Source of the DNA: an uncultured Bacteroidota bacterium
Lineage (GTDB): Bacteria; Bacteroidota; Ignavibacteria; Palsa-1295
NCBI GenBank assembly: GCA_963702215.1
Contig: OY969726.1
Coordinates: 1,681,533 to 1,745,532, forward strand
DNA: 64,000 bases
Direction: 5' to 3'
Below, one piece after another: positions 19,276 through 28,450 of this stretch; within the stretch, counting starts at the first letter, position 1; each line of letters starts with the position of its first letter. The notes below the pieces were generated by a model that did not search any database, was not told the origin of the DNA, and worked only from the letters and a program-made list of their open reading frames with translations. The position numbers were made by a program, and so were the translations under genes.

Positions 19276-20034
19276 ATGGTAAAAAAAATCAAAGCGCCCA
19301 TCGTGAAACTGGCCGGCGCCGGCAGCGAGAACCTGGGCTGGCGCGGCGTCGAAATTCCCTTCGATGTCAAGAAGGCATTCGGCAAAAGTGGGCGCGTCCC
19401 GGTGCGCGGCGAAGTAAATGGATTCCCGCTGCGCACCTCACTATTTCCGCGCAAAGGCGAGCCGCATTTTCTTATGCTGAACAAACAAGTCCAGAAGGGC
19501 GCTGGGCTTTCCGAGCTTGGGCAAATCGTTTCCATCGAACTGGAACTGGATACGGAGGAACGAACCGTAGAGACGCCGCGAATCCTCGCAGAAATATTGG
19601 AGGATGAGGACGGCCTTCTCGAGTATTTTGAATCTTTCACCTATTCGACGCGCAAATTCATGGCGGATTCTATCTCGAACACTAAAAGCCCTGGGGCACA
19701 ACACCGGCGCGCCGAGCGAATCGCGATGATCCTCATGGAAATGCGCGATGGAGAAGCCCATCCACCGCCGATTTTGGAAGTGGAGTTCGCGAACAACCCG
19801 AAAGCGCGGAGCGGGTGGAAACGCATGTCCGTCGCACAACGCCGGGGACATTTGTGGGGAATTTTCTATTATCAAACCCCGGAATCGCGCGCGCGCCGGG
19901 GGAAGCAGGCGATTCAGGATATGGTAAAACATGCAGAATCAGATGCAACTCGAAGCAAGAAGCCTTTGTCGAACATCGGTAACGTCATTCCCGCGAAGGC
20001 GGGAATCGAGGCCCGGGGCCGAAAGGTGGAATGA
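19276..20034 (+). CDS. DUF1905 plus YdeI/OmpD-associated (bacteriocin-protection-like) domain protein
   Basis: N-terminal DUF1905-like beta region (GRVPVRGEVNGFPLRTSLFP) and a C-terminal YdeI-like helical region. Confidence 0.6.
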   Translation: MVKKIKAPIVKLAGAGSENLGWRGVEIPFDVKKAFGKSGRVPVRGEVNGFPLRTSLFPRKGEPHFLMLNKQVQKGAGLSELGQIVSIELELDTEERTVETPRILAEILEDEDGLLEYFESFTYSTRKFMADSISNTKSPGAQHRRAERIAMILMEMRDGEAHPPPILEVEFANNPKARSGWKRMSVAQRRGHLWGIFYYQTPESRARRGKQAIQDMVKHAESDATRSKKPLSNIGNVIPAKAGIEARGRKVE

Positions 20035-20093
20035 GGGATCTGGATTCCCGCATTCGCGGGAATGACATCGAGAGCACTTTTTCATACAGCCAG

Positions 20094-20804
20094 ATGATCA
20101 GAACTCTGAAATCCAAACTGCTTCTCGCTCAGCGCCAGCTTCTCCACCGGCTCTATATCAGCCGCGGCCGGGAGCGCACCGTGCTCGACGAGTTCCATAA
20201 GCTCTATTACTACTCGAACAATGCCGGCAAAACGTGGAGCGACACGTGGTGGCAGGGAACTCAAGTCCTGAAATGCCCGCTCGATCTTTGGATCTATCAG
20301 GAAATTATTTTCCGAACGAAGCCGGACCTCATTATCGAGACGGGAACCTACAAAGGCGGCACGGCGCATTTCTTCGCTTCGATGTGCGATTTGAATGAGC
20401 GCGGTGAAGTGATAACAATCGACATCGAGGAGTATCCCGGCAGGTCAACGCATCCGCGCATTACCTATTTGCATGGTTCCTCGACGGATGAAGCCATCGT
20501 TCACGGCGTCAGTTCGAAGGCCAAAGGAAAAGATTCCATTCTTGTCATACTCGATTCCGATCACAGCATGGCTCACGTTCGGCGGGAGTTGGAACTATAT
20601 GCGCCGCACGTGACCGCCGGGAATTATGTGATTGCCGAAGATACGAATATCAACGGCAACCCGGTGCTTCCCGAATCCGGCCCTGGCCCGAACGAAGCAA
20701 TTATCGATTTTTTGCGAACGCACAAAGAGTTCGAAGTCGATCGCTCAATGGAAAAGCTGCTGATGACATTCAATCCGGGGGGGTATTTAAAGAAAATTCG
20801 CTGA
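20094..20804 (+). CDS. CmcI-family (cephalosporin hydroxylase / rhamnosyl O-methyltransferase-like) class I SAM methyltransferase
   Basis: '…WQGTQVLKCPLDLWIYQEII…PDLIIETGTYKGGTAHFFA…' is the CmcI signature. The start was chosen at MIRTLKS; the ORF to 20031 overlaps the upstream gene. Confidence 0.7.
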   Translation: MIRTLKSKLLLAQRQLLHRLYISRGRERTVLDEFHKLYYYSNNAGKTWSDTWWQGTQVLKCPLDLWIYQEIIFRTKPDLIIETGTYKGGTAHFFASMCDLNERGEVITIDIEEYPGRSTHPRITYLHGSSTDEAIVHGVSSKAKGKDSILVILDSDHSMAHVRRELELYAPHVTAGNYVIAEDTNINGNPVLPESGPGPNEAIIDFLRTHKEFEVDRSMEKLLMTFNPGGYLKKIR

Positions 20805-20846
20805 CACGGAACTTGCTTTTCAGGAGTTGGGTTAGGAAGAAATACT

Positions 20847-20918
20847 ATGCGACGGAATTTTTCTCAGCCGGCATCGTTCGCGATGCATCATCATCATCAT
20901 CCAACACGCGGCTGGTGA
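20847..20918 (+). CDS. his operon leader peptide (23 aa, five consecutive His codons)
   Basis: SD AGGAAG, then ATG CGA CGG AAT TTT TCT CAG CCG GCA TCG TTC GCG ATG CAT CAT CAT CAT CAT CCA ACA CGC GGC TGG TGA. It lies 117 nt upstream of hisG and was absent from the ORF track because it is under 60 aa. Confidence 0.6.
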   Translation: MRRNFSQPASFAMHHHHHPTRGW

Positions 20919-20947
20919 TGGCTGAACTTATTCCATAAGTTTTTTCA

Positions 20948-20980
20948 AGCGCCGGCCAATGTGCCGGCGCTGCTGTTTCT
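20948..20980 (+). terminator. attenuator terminator of the his leader
   Basis: AGCGCCGGC-CAATGT-GCCGGCGCT (9-bp GC stem) followed by GCTGTTTCT. An upstream complementary pair, TCAGCCG…CGGCTGG, brackets the His codons and is a candidate pause/anti-terminator hairpin. Confidence 0.55.
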
Positions 20981-21034
20981 AATCGGTTTTTCGCAGCTTT
21001 GGTACATGGTCCCGGCCTCATTTAGAAGCTGCAA

Positions 21035-21919
21035 ATGACGATACAATCGAATTTATCAGACATAACCACCGACGCGATTCGCCTGGCGCTGCCGAAAGGC
21101 CGCATGCAGGAGGGAGTCTTGCGCCTGTTGGGCGATGCGGGCATCCGGGTTCACCAGGGAAGCCGCGGATACCGGCCAAGCATTTCGCTGGCCGGGTTCG
21201 AGGTTAAGATTCTCAAGCCGCAAAACATCGTAGAGATGCTGCACTTTGGCTCGCGCGATCTTGGTTTCGCCGGAGCCGATTGGGTTGCCGAGCTGGACGG
21301 CGAGCTTATGGAATTGCTGGATACAGGTCTCGATCCCGTATCGCTCGTTGCAGCAATGCCGCGTAGTGCGGACTTTCAGTCCGCGAATCCGCCGCTGGTT
21401 ATTGCCTCCGAATACCGGAACTTAACGGAACGATGGATCGCCGAATCCGGTATGCAAGCGACCTGCATTCGTTCCTATGGCGCGACCGAAGTGTTCCCGC
21501 CGGAAGATGCGGATTGCATTGTCGATATTACCGCAACGGGTGCGACCCTCCGGGCGAACGGCCTCGAAATTGTTGCAACACTGCTTGAATCTTCAACGCG
21601 CCTGTATTGCAATCCGCGTGCGCTCGACGAGCCCGGGAAGCGCGACTCGATCGAAAGCTTTACGCTTTTATTACGGTCGGTTCTGGATGCTCGCGACCGC
21701 GTGATGCTGGAATTGAATGTAACCGGCGAATCTCTCGAAGGCATCGTCCACCTGTTGCCGGCCATGCGCGAGGCCACGATCGCCACGCTCCATGGCAATC
21801 GCGGCTACGCCGTAAAAGCCGCCGTATGCCGAACATTGCTACCCACGCTCATCCCGCAACTCAAACGTGCGGGCGGAAGCGATATTATCATTTCGTCGCC
21901 GAGCCAAATCGTACCATGA
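21035..21919 (+). CDS. hisG: ATP phosphoribosyltransferase (long form with a C-terminal regulatory domain)
   Basis: 294 aa with a HisG catalytic core and a C-terminal ACT-like extension. Confidence 0.9.
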   Translation: MTIQSNLSDITTDAIRLALPKGRMQEGVLRLLGDAGIRVHQGSRGYRPSISLAGFEVKILKPQNIVEMLHFGSRDLGFAGADWVAELDGELMELLDTGLDPVSLVAAMPRSADFQSANPPLVIASEYRNLTERWIAESGMQATCIRSYGATEVFPPEDADCIVDITATGATLRANGLEIVATLLESSTRLYCNPRALDEPGKRDSIESFTLLLRSVLDARDRVMLELNVTGESLEGIVHLLPAMREATIATLHGNRGYAVKAAVCRTLLPTLIPQLKRAGGSDIIISSPSQIVP

Positions 21920-22980
21920 GCGTTGTGGAACAACTTATTCGAACGTCGATTCGCGCTTACCAAGCGGCACCGAAGGATCCCGCAATCGAGCTTGCGCTCG
22001 ACCGCACGGAGCCCCCAATTCCGTATCGCGCGATGAGCGGAAATTATTATTCATCGCCAACCTTCTGGTCACGCTATCCTTCGCCGCGTCCGCTCGAAGC
22101 CCAGCTTGCTCGCCGCCATAATATCCAACCCGAGAACGTTATCGTTACCGCCGGCGCGGACGAAGCGCTCGACCGGGCATGCCGCGCAGCGCTAACGAGC
22201 GGGAATGAATTGCTCACAACCACTCCTGCCTTCGAAATGATCGCAAAATACGCTTGCCTTGCCGCTGCGGAGATCGCGGACGTTCCATGGCTGGGTGGAG
22301 AATTCCCGATTGCGGATTTTCTCGATCGAATTTCATCGAAGACGCGACTTATTATTTTGGTCAGCCCGAATAATCCAACCGGGCAATCAATTCCATCCGG
22401 CATGCTCGAACGGATCGCACGGGAAAGCCCAAATATTCTTATCGTGGTCGATCTCGCATATGTCGAATTTGCCGAGATCGACCCTACGCTTGAACTTTCA
22501 CAGTTCCCAAATATTGTAATCGTTCGCAGTTTTTCGAAAGCATGGGGCTTGCCGGGGCTTAGGCTTGGCTATGCGCTCGGCGATAAGGAAGTCATTCAGG
22601 CGATGCGCGCGGCGGGAGGGCCTTATTCTGTCGCCGCTGGCTCGATGGAACTTCTTAGCAATCGTCTCGAACAATTCGAGGGCGAAATGCTCACGTACGT
22701 CGCGCGAATCAAACGGGAGCGAGCCATCACCGAGGAATGGTTGCGATCCAAGGCCATTTCGTTCATTCCTTCCCAATCAAATTTTATTCTGCTCTTCCCC
22801 GAAGATTCATCGAACTTTGATGAATTGTTCCGCTCATCCGGAATTGGAGCACGCTCCTTTGAATCTTCCGCTAACATTTCGGGAGCACGGCGGGTAACGT
22901 TACCCGGCAATACCGAGGCATTTGCACGGCTCCTATTCGCGCTGGAAACCTTCTTTCAATCACAATCTCTCGAATCATGA
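21916..22980 (+). CDS. hisC: histidinol-phosphate aminotransferase
   Basis: Start MSVVEQL at 21916, with an ATGA overlap on the hisG stop. PLP-lysine region '…IVRSFSKAWGLPGLRLGY…'. The upstream part of ORF 21607.. is an out-of-frame overlap of hisG. Confidence 0.85.
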   Translation: MSVVEQLIRTSIRAYQAAPKDPAIELALDRTEPPIPYRAMSGNYYSSPTFWSRYPSPRPLEAQLARRHNIQPENVIVTAGADEALDRACRAALTSGNELLTTTPAFEMIAKYACLAAAEIADVPWLGGEFPIADFLDRISSKTRLIILVSPNNPTGQSIPSGMLERIARESPNILIVVDLAYVEFAEIDPTLELSQFPNIVIVRSFSKAWGLPGLRLGYALGDKEVIQAMRAAGGPYSVAAGSMELLSNRLEQFEGEMLTYVARIKRERAITEEWLRSKAISFIPSQSNFILLFPEDSSNFDELFRSSGIGARSFESSANISGARRVTLPGNTEAFARLLFALETFFQSQSLES

Positions 22981-23564
22981 CACGCACAGCCACCATAGAA
23001 CGGACGACCCGAGAAACGCGAATCACAGGCCACGTGAATTTGGACGGAACGGGCACGTCCCAAATTAAAACAGGCCTCGGCTTCCTGGATCACATGCTCC
23101 ACACGCTGGCAAAGCATAGCCGCATCAATCTCACACTCGAATGTGCGGGCGATCTTACGGTGGACGACCACCACACGGTCGAAGATGCAGCCATCGCGAT
23201 CGCGGAAGCGATCAGCCAAGCGCTCGGAGATGGCCGCGGTATCGAGCGGTTCGGCGAGGCGCTCGTCCCGATGGATGAATCGCTGGTTCGCTGCGCGATT
23301 GATCTATCCGGCCGCCCCGCGCCCGTGATTGCGCTCGATCTTAATCGGGAACGCATTGGCGAGGTTTCCTGCGAGAACATCGAGCATTTCTTTCGCAGCT
23401 TCGCGAATACGCTGCGTTGCGCACTGCATCTCGATACGTTGCGCGGCGCCAACGATCATCACAAAGCAGAAGCGGCGTTCAAAGCATGCGCGCGGGCGCT
23501 GAAGCAAGCCATTTGCATTTCCGAATTCAACGATATTGCGAGCACGAAAGGATCCATCCGGTGA
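22977..23564 (+). CDS. hisB: imidazoleglycerol-phosphate dehydratase
   Basis: 195 aa with 'RETRITGHVNLDGTG…LDHMLHTLAKHS…' IGPD motifs. ATGA overlap with hisC. Confidence 0.9.
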   Translation: MTRTATIERTTRETRITGHVNLDGTGTSQIKTGLGFLDHMLHTLAKHSRINLTLECAGDLTVDDHHTVEDAAIAIAEAISQALGDGRGIERFGEALVPMDESLVRCAIDLSGRPAPVIALDLNRERIGEVSCENIEHFFRSFANTLRCALHLDTLRGANDHHKAEAAFKACARALKQAICISEFNDIASTKGSIR

Positions 23565-24169
23565 GAATAGTTACGATCGTTCCAACCGGCACTGCGAATC
23601 TCGCCTCGGTGATAACGGCACTGAGGCGCGCTGGTGCCCAGCCGATGCTTGCGGCTGGCCCGCTGGACGTGCTCCATTCCCAAGCTTTAATACTTCCGGG
23701 CGTTGGCAATTTCGGTGCGGCGATGGCGAAGCTCGAAGCGGATGGCACCGCCGAGACTCTTCGCGAGAAGCTTCTCGATGGCACGCCGGCGCTTGCCATT
23801 TGCCTCGGAATGCAAATTCTCTTTGAAGCAAGTGAAGAAAATCAGGATGTTCACGGACTTTCGATCTTGCCGGGCCGGTTCGGGCGCTTCCCAAATACTG
23901 TTCGCTCGCCGCATGTGGGATGGAATACCGTTGAGCCGATCGGTGCAGCGAAGTTCCTGCGTCCGGGCGATGCCTACTTTACCCACTCCTATCGATTGAC
24001 TGAATTGCCGCCAAACTCGATCGGAGCGATGACCGGCTATGGTGCGCCATTTGTTTCCGCCATCGAGTGCGGGAATATCCTCGCCTGCCAATTCCACCCG
24101 GAACTTTCCGGTGCGTGGGGAATCGAGCTGCTCCGACGATGGATCGATGCGGAGGGTATGCCATGCTAA
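23561..24169 (+). CDS. hisH: imidazole glycerol phosphate synthase, glutaminase subunit
   Basis: GTG start overlapping the hisB stop (GTGA). Class I GATase motifs (…LILPGVGNFG…, …ICLGMQIL…, …QFHPE…). Confidence 0.85.
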   Translation: MRIVTIVPTGTANLASVITALRRAGAQPMLAAGPLDVLHSQALILPGVGNFGAAMAKLEADGTAETLREKLLDGTPALAICLGMQILFEASEENQDVHGLSILPGRFGRFPNTVRSPHVGWNTVEPIGAAKFLRPGDAYFTHSYRLTELPPNSIGAMTGYGAPFVSAIECGNILACQFHPELSGAWGIELLRRWIDAEGMPC

Positions 24170-24915
24170 AGGCTCGAATCATGCCCTGCCTCAATTGTGA
24201 TGCGGGCCGCGTAGTGAAGGGCATTCGGTTTGCGAATCTTCACGATGCCGGCGATCCGGCGCAACTTGCAACGCGCTATGAGGCCGAAGGCGCGGACGAG
24301 ATCATCGTTCTCGATATCTCCGCAACCCTCGAAGCGAGGCAGCACCATGCCGGAACGATTCGCGCGATTCGGGATGCGATATCGATCCCAATCACCGCGG
24401 GCGGCGGCATTCGGACGCTCTCCGATTGTGAAGCATTGCTCGAAGCCGGAGCGGATAAGGTGAGCGTCAATAGCGCCGCGCATCGCACGCCGGATTTGAT
24501 CGATGCCATTGCAAACCGTTTCGGAACCCAATGCGCTATTCTCGCCATCGACGCGCGCCGGAATGAGAAAGAATGGCGAGTTCTCATCGATGCAGGACGC
24601 ACGCAAACCGAACGCTCGGTTACCAATTGGGCTTGCGAGGCAGCCGAGCGAGGCGCGGGAGAAATTCTGCTCACCAGTTGGGACCGCGACGGAACCCGGC
24701 TGGGTTACGATCTCGAACTCTTGCGAGCCGTCACTTCTGTGGTGGACATTCCTGTCATCGCTTCAGGCGGCGCCGCTAATGCGACGCATTTGGCGGAGGC
24801 ATTCCATGCAGGAGCATCGGGGCTGCTTGCGGCTTCTCTTTTTCACGATAACGATTATTCCATTTCCAAAATCAAGCGAAAACTTTATGATTTCGGAGTG
24901 CCAATCAGAATATGA
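24163..24915 (+). CDS. hisF: imidazole glycerol phosphate synthase, cyclase subunit
   Basis: Start MLKARIMPCLN at 24163, overlapping the hisH stop by 7 nt. Classic HisF N-terminus and (beta/alpha)8 motifs. Confidence 0.9.
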   Translation: MLKARIMPCLNCDAGRVVKGIRFANLHDAGDPAQLATRYEAEGADEIIVLDISATLEARQHHAGTIRAIRDAISIPITAGGGIRTLSDCEALLEAGADKVSVNSAAHRTPDLIDAIANRFGTQCAILAIDARRNEKEWRVLIDAGRTQTERSVTNWACEAAERGAGEILLTSWDRDGTRLGYDLELLRAVTSVVDIPVIASGGAANATHLAEAFHAGASGLLAASLFHDNDYSISKIKRKLYDFGVPIRI

Positions 24916-26184
24916 TTATTCCTTCTATCGATATTGAATCCGGCAATGCCGTGCAGCTTGTGGGCGGCGAGAAGAAAGCGATTGACGCCGGCGATCCACG
25001 AGTCATCGCGCGGAAGTTCGGGATTGTGGGCGAAGTGGCGCTTATCGATCTCGATGCCGCGCGCGGGATCGGCTCGAACGAGGCCATGATCGAAGAACTA
25101 TTGCCAATGGGGGCGTTTCGCTTTGGCGGTGGCATTCGTTCCTACGAGCAGGCCGTCCGTTGGCTCGATCGCGGCGCTACAAAGATCATTCTGGGAACCG
25201 CGGCGAGTGCGAAACTCTTGCAGCAATTACCACGGGAACGAACCATCGTGGCACTCAATGCGCGGCATGGTGAGGTTTATGATGAAGGCTGGCAGCGTGC
25301 AACCGGGGCGAGCGTGGCCAGCCGGATGCACGAGCTCGCGCCTTACACTGGCGGATTCCTCGTAACACTCATCGAACGCGAAGGCCGAATGGTGGGAACG
25401 GACATTTCCGTCATTCAGAAACTTCTCAGCGCCACCGGAAATGCTCGCCTCACGATCGCCGGGGGGATTTCCTCGGCGGACGAAATTTCCGAGCTGGACC
25501 GGATGGGCGTGGATGCGCAAGTGGGCATGGCGCTCTATGCTGGACGATTCGATTTCGCGAATGTGTACGCGGTCATGCTCCGCACCGATCGGCCGGATGG
25601 GTTGTGGCCAACGGTTGTCGCCGATGAAGACGGAATCGCACTCGGCCTTACCTATTCGAACGAAGAAAGCCTTCGATGCGCAATCAACGAACAGCGTGGG
25701 ATTTATTTTTCACGCACGCGCGGCCTGTGGCGAAAGGGCGAAACCTCCGGCAACACGCAGGAATTGCTTCGCATCGATCTCGATTGCGACCGCGATACAC
25801 TTCGGTTTACCGTGAAGCAAATCGGGGAAGGATTCTGCCACTCCGGGACGGACACGTGTTGGGATAACCTTCGTGGCATTCGCGCGCTCGAAGAACGGAT
25901 CGCGGAACGAATGAAATCGCCGGAAGAGGGCTCTTACACGAACAAGCTCCTTTCCTCCTTGGATTTTCTCTCCGCGAAATTAGTCGAAGAGGCGCAGGAA
26001 CTTTCAGAACGCCATCGGCCAAGAAGCCATCTACGAAGCGGCCGATTTGCTTTATTTCACGCTGGTTGCAATGCGCAAGCAAGGCGTTTCGATTGCCAAG
26101 GTTGCACGTGAATTAGACATGCGCGCCCTCAAACTCACGCGGCGACCGGGACTTCCCAAACATGGTAACGCTTTTGCAAAATAA
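24912..26184 (+). CDS. hisA/hisIE: fused HisA (ProFAR isomerase), HisI (PR-AMP cyclohydrolase) and HisE (PR-ATP pyrophosphatase), with an apparent +1 frameshift near 26005
   Basis: HisA N-terminus (MIIPSIDIESGNAVQLVGG…) runs to about residue 230. HisI follows (…GLWPTVVADEDG…CWDNL… with zinc-ligand cysteines). HisE follows (…EGSYTNKLL…LVEEAQEL). The canonical HisE continuation 'AIGQEAIYEAADLLYFTLVAMRKQGVSIAKVARELD…' is in the +1 frame and ends at TAA 26182-26184. The in-frame continuation to 26111 is arginine-rich nonsense. Confidence 0.7.
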
Positions 26185-26193
26185 AAAGGCAGG

Positions 26194-27447
26194 ATGATGC
26201 TCAAACAGATTACTATAGAAGAAGCACGTTCGCTCGATAGAACAGCTTCGCTCAATGATGTTTTACCGAACGCGGTTCAAATCGTGGAGGACGTTCGAAC
26301 CGGGAAGGATCTCGCGTTGCGCAGGCTTGCGGAACGATTTGGCGATCTTGCGCCGAATGCTCCGCTGATTATCGAGCGGGAGGAACTTGCGCGCGCGCTC
26401 GATGCGATACGTTCCAGCGAGCGAGCGATTTTGGAACGCACCGCGACACGAATCCGTCGTTTTGCCGAAGCACAGCGCGCGGCACTCAGCGATATAAAGG
26501 TTTCCGTAGAAGGCGGTTTCGCCGGACACACTGTCATGCCGCTCGAACGCGCCGCATGTTATGCGCCGGGTGGACGGTATCCGCTGCCCTCGAGCGTCCT
26601 AATGACGGCGGTCACTGCGCGCGTGGCCGGTGTAAATGCGGTTTGGGTTGCTACGCCGAAGCCATCGGACATCATGCTCGCCGCAGCCGCCGTTGCAGGG
26701 GCAGATGCGGTGCTCGCTGTTGGCGGCGCCCATGCCGTTGCTGCACTTGCATATGGCACCGAAAGTATTCCGCAATTCGATACAATCGTTGGGCCCGGGA
26801 ACCGGTGGGTTACCGCAGCGAAGCAATTGGTTGCGGGTATCGTAAAAATCGATATGCTCGCAGGCCCATCCGAACTTGCGGTTGTCGCCGATGACGCCGC
26901 AAATCCCGCCTGGGTAGCCGCCGATCTTCTCGCGCAAGCCGAGCACGACCCCGATGCACGCGTATTTTTGATTGCGTTTAGCGACCGAATTGTGCGATTG
27001 GTCGAGCGAGAGCTTGAATCACAATTGACGGATTTGCCGACGCAAGCCATAGCGCGCGAAGCCATCGGCAACAGTTTTTGTCTGATCGTGAATAGCGTGG
27101 AAGTGGCGGCGGAACTTTGTAATCAGATTGCGCCGGAACATCTTTCGCTGCAATTGGAACAGAAATCCATCGAGCGCTTGCACCCCATGCTTCGGCATTA
27201 CGGTGGATTATTTATCGGCGCTGGAAGCGCGGAAGTGCTTGGCGACTATGGGATCGGGCCGAATCACGTGCTGCCAACGCAAGGTTCCGCACGCGCGCGC
27301 GGCGGCCTTTCCGTATTCGATTTCCTGAAAGTTCAGACGTGGATGGATGTCTCGCGGGTTCCAGCTGGAGTATCCGAGGACATTGAGGCCCTCGCGCGCA
27401 TCGAGGGCTTGGAAGCGCATCGCCGCTCAATGGCGATGCGCGCTTAG
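26194..27447 (+). CDS. hisD: histidinol dehydrogenase
   Basis: 417 aa with HisD motifs (…AGPSE…, …QAEHD…, zinc-ligand His/Asp region). Confidence 0.9.
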   Translation: MMLKQITIEEARSLDRTASLNDVLPNAVQIVEDVRTGKDLALRRLAERFGDLAPNAPLIIEREELARALDAIRSSERAILERTATRIRRFAEAQRAALSDIKVSVEGGFAGHTVMPLERAACYAPGGRYPLPSSVLMTAVTARVAGVNAVWVATPKPSDIMLAAAAVAGADAVLAVGGAHAVAALAYGTESIPQFDTIVGPGNRWVTAAKQLVAGIVKIDMLAGPSELAVVADDAANPAWVAADLLAQAEHDPDARVFLIAFSDRIVRLVERELESQLTDLPTQAIAREAIGNSFCLIVNSVEVAAELCNQIAPEHLSLQLEQKSIERLHPMLRHYGGLFIGAGSAEVLGDYGIGPNHVLPTQGSARARGGLSVFDFLKVQTWMDVSRVPAGVSEDIEALARIEGLEAHRRSMAMRA

Positions 27448-28340
27448 TATTCGGGACCGAGCGTCGCTTTTGCGGCGACCTGCACCGCCGATTTCGCCTG
27501 CGCCGCTGCATCTTTCGCGGCAAGAGCCGCTTCGTGGACGCGGTGGGCGGCATTCTCTTTCGCGGCCAGCGCGGCCTGCTTGAAGTTGGGAACCGCGTGC
27601 TGGACGACTTGCACTTTCGCTAGCCCGAACAGCCTCAAAATCTGAATATACCACCATCCCATATCCACTTCGAACCAGCGTTTCGAAAATTTCGCACTCG
27701 ATGGGAACTTATGGTGGTTATTATGCAACTCTTCACCGGAAAGTAAAAATCCGAGTGGAATGATATTGCGGCTCGCATCCTTCACTTTATAATTGCGGTA
27801 GCCGAGTGTATGCCCAAGGCCATTTACAATGCCTGCAGCCCAAAAGGGAACCCACAATACCTGTCCACCCCAAACCAGCACGCCAGCGATCGGACCGAAG
27901 AGGAACAGATCGGCGACGAGCAGCGAAATGGGCCCAATGAATTTGTGGGGGATGAAAATCTTTCGCTCAATAACGTCATCCGGGCAGCCTTTCGAGAATC
28001 GCTCGATGGTTGCCGCATCGCTCGCCGCATCACGGTAATACTTGACACCAAAGAAAAGAATGCGCGCCCAGCCATGAATGACGGGCGAATGGGGATCCTC
28101 CTCGGTCTCGACAAACGCATGGTGCTTCCGGTGAACCGATACCCATTCCCGCGTGCTCATCCCGGTAAAAATCCAGAGCCACCAACGCATCGGCCAGCTT
28201 GCAATCGGGTGAAGCTTGAGGCCGTTATGAGTCATCGCTCGGTGCAAGTAGAGCGAGGTACACATGATGGTCAGGTGCCCGGTGAGAATTACAAAAAGAA
28301 CGGCTCCGTACCAGGTATGGAATAAAAACGATAGATTCAT
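27444..28340 (-). CDS. membrane fatty-acid (acyl-CoA / acyl-lipid delta-9-like) desaturase
   Basis: Histidine boxes HRKHH and HNNHH, a third HxxHH region, and four TM segments. Confidence 0.8.
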   Translation of the reverse strand: MNLSFLFHTWYGAVLFVILTGHLTIMCTSLYLHRAMTHNGLKLHPIASWPMRWWLWIFTGMSTREWVSVHRKHHAFVETEEDPHSPVIHGWARILFFGVKYYRDAASDAATIERFSKGCPDDVIERKIFIPHKFIGPISLLVADLFLFGPIAGVLVWGGQVLWVPFWAAGIVNGLGHTLGYRNYKVKDASRNIIPLGFLLSGEELHNNHHKFPSSAKFSKRWFEVDMGWWYIQILRLFGLAKVQVVQHAVPNFKQAALAAKENAAHRVHEAALAAKDAAAQAKSAVQVAAKATLGPEY

Positions 28341-28450
28341 GTATTAAAGATGGTCGGCGGGGCAAATAATGCGAGGCGACAGGTATCAAATCCTATTTTG
28401 ACCACGAAAGTTCACCGATGCTACTGAACTGTGATTAATGGACGCAAAAT

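Noticed and set aside
21607-21915. Long N-terminal extensions of hisC (from 21607), hisH (from 23417), hisF (from 24067) and the CmcI methyltransferase (from 20031)
   Set aside because: Each extension overlaps the preceding gene in another frame and is Arg-rich nonsense. Conserved N-termini begin at the ATGA/GTGA-coupled internal starts.
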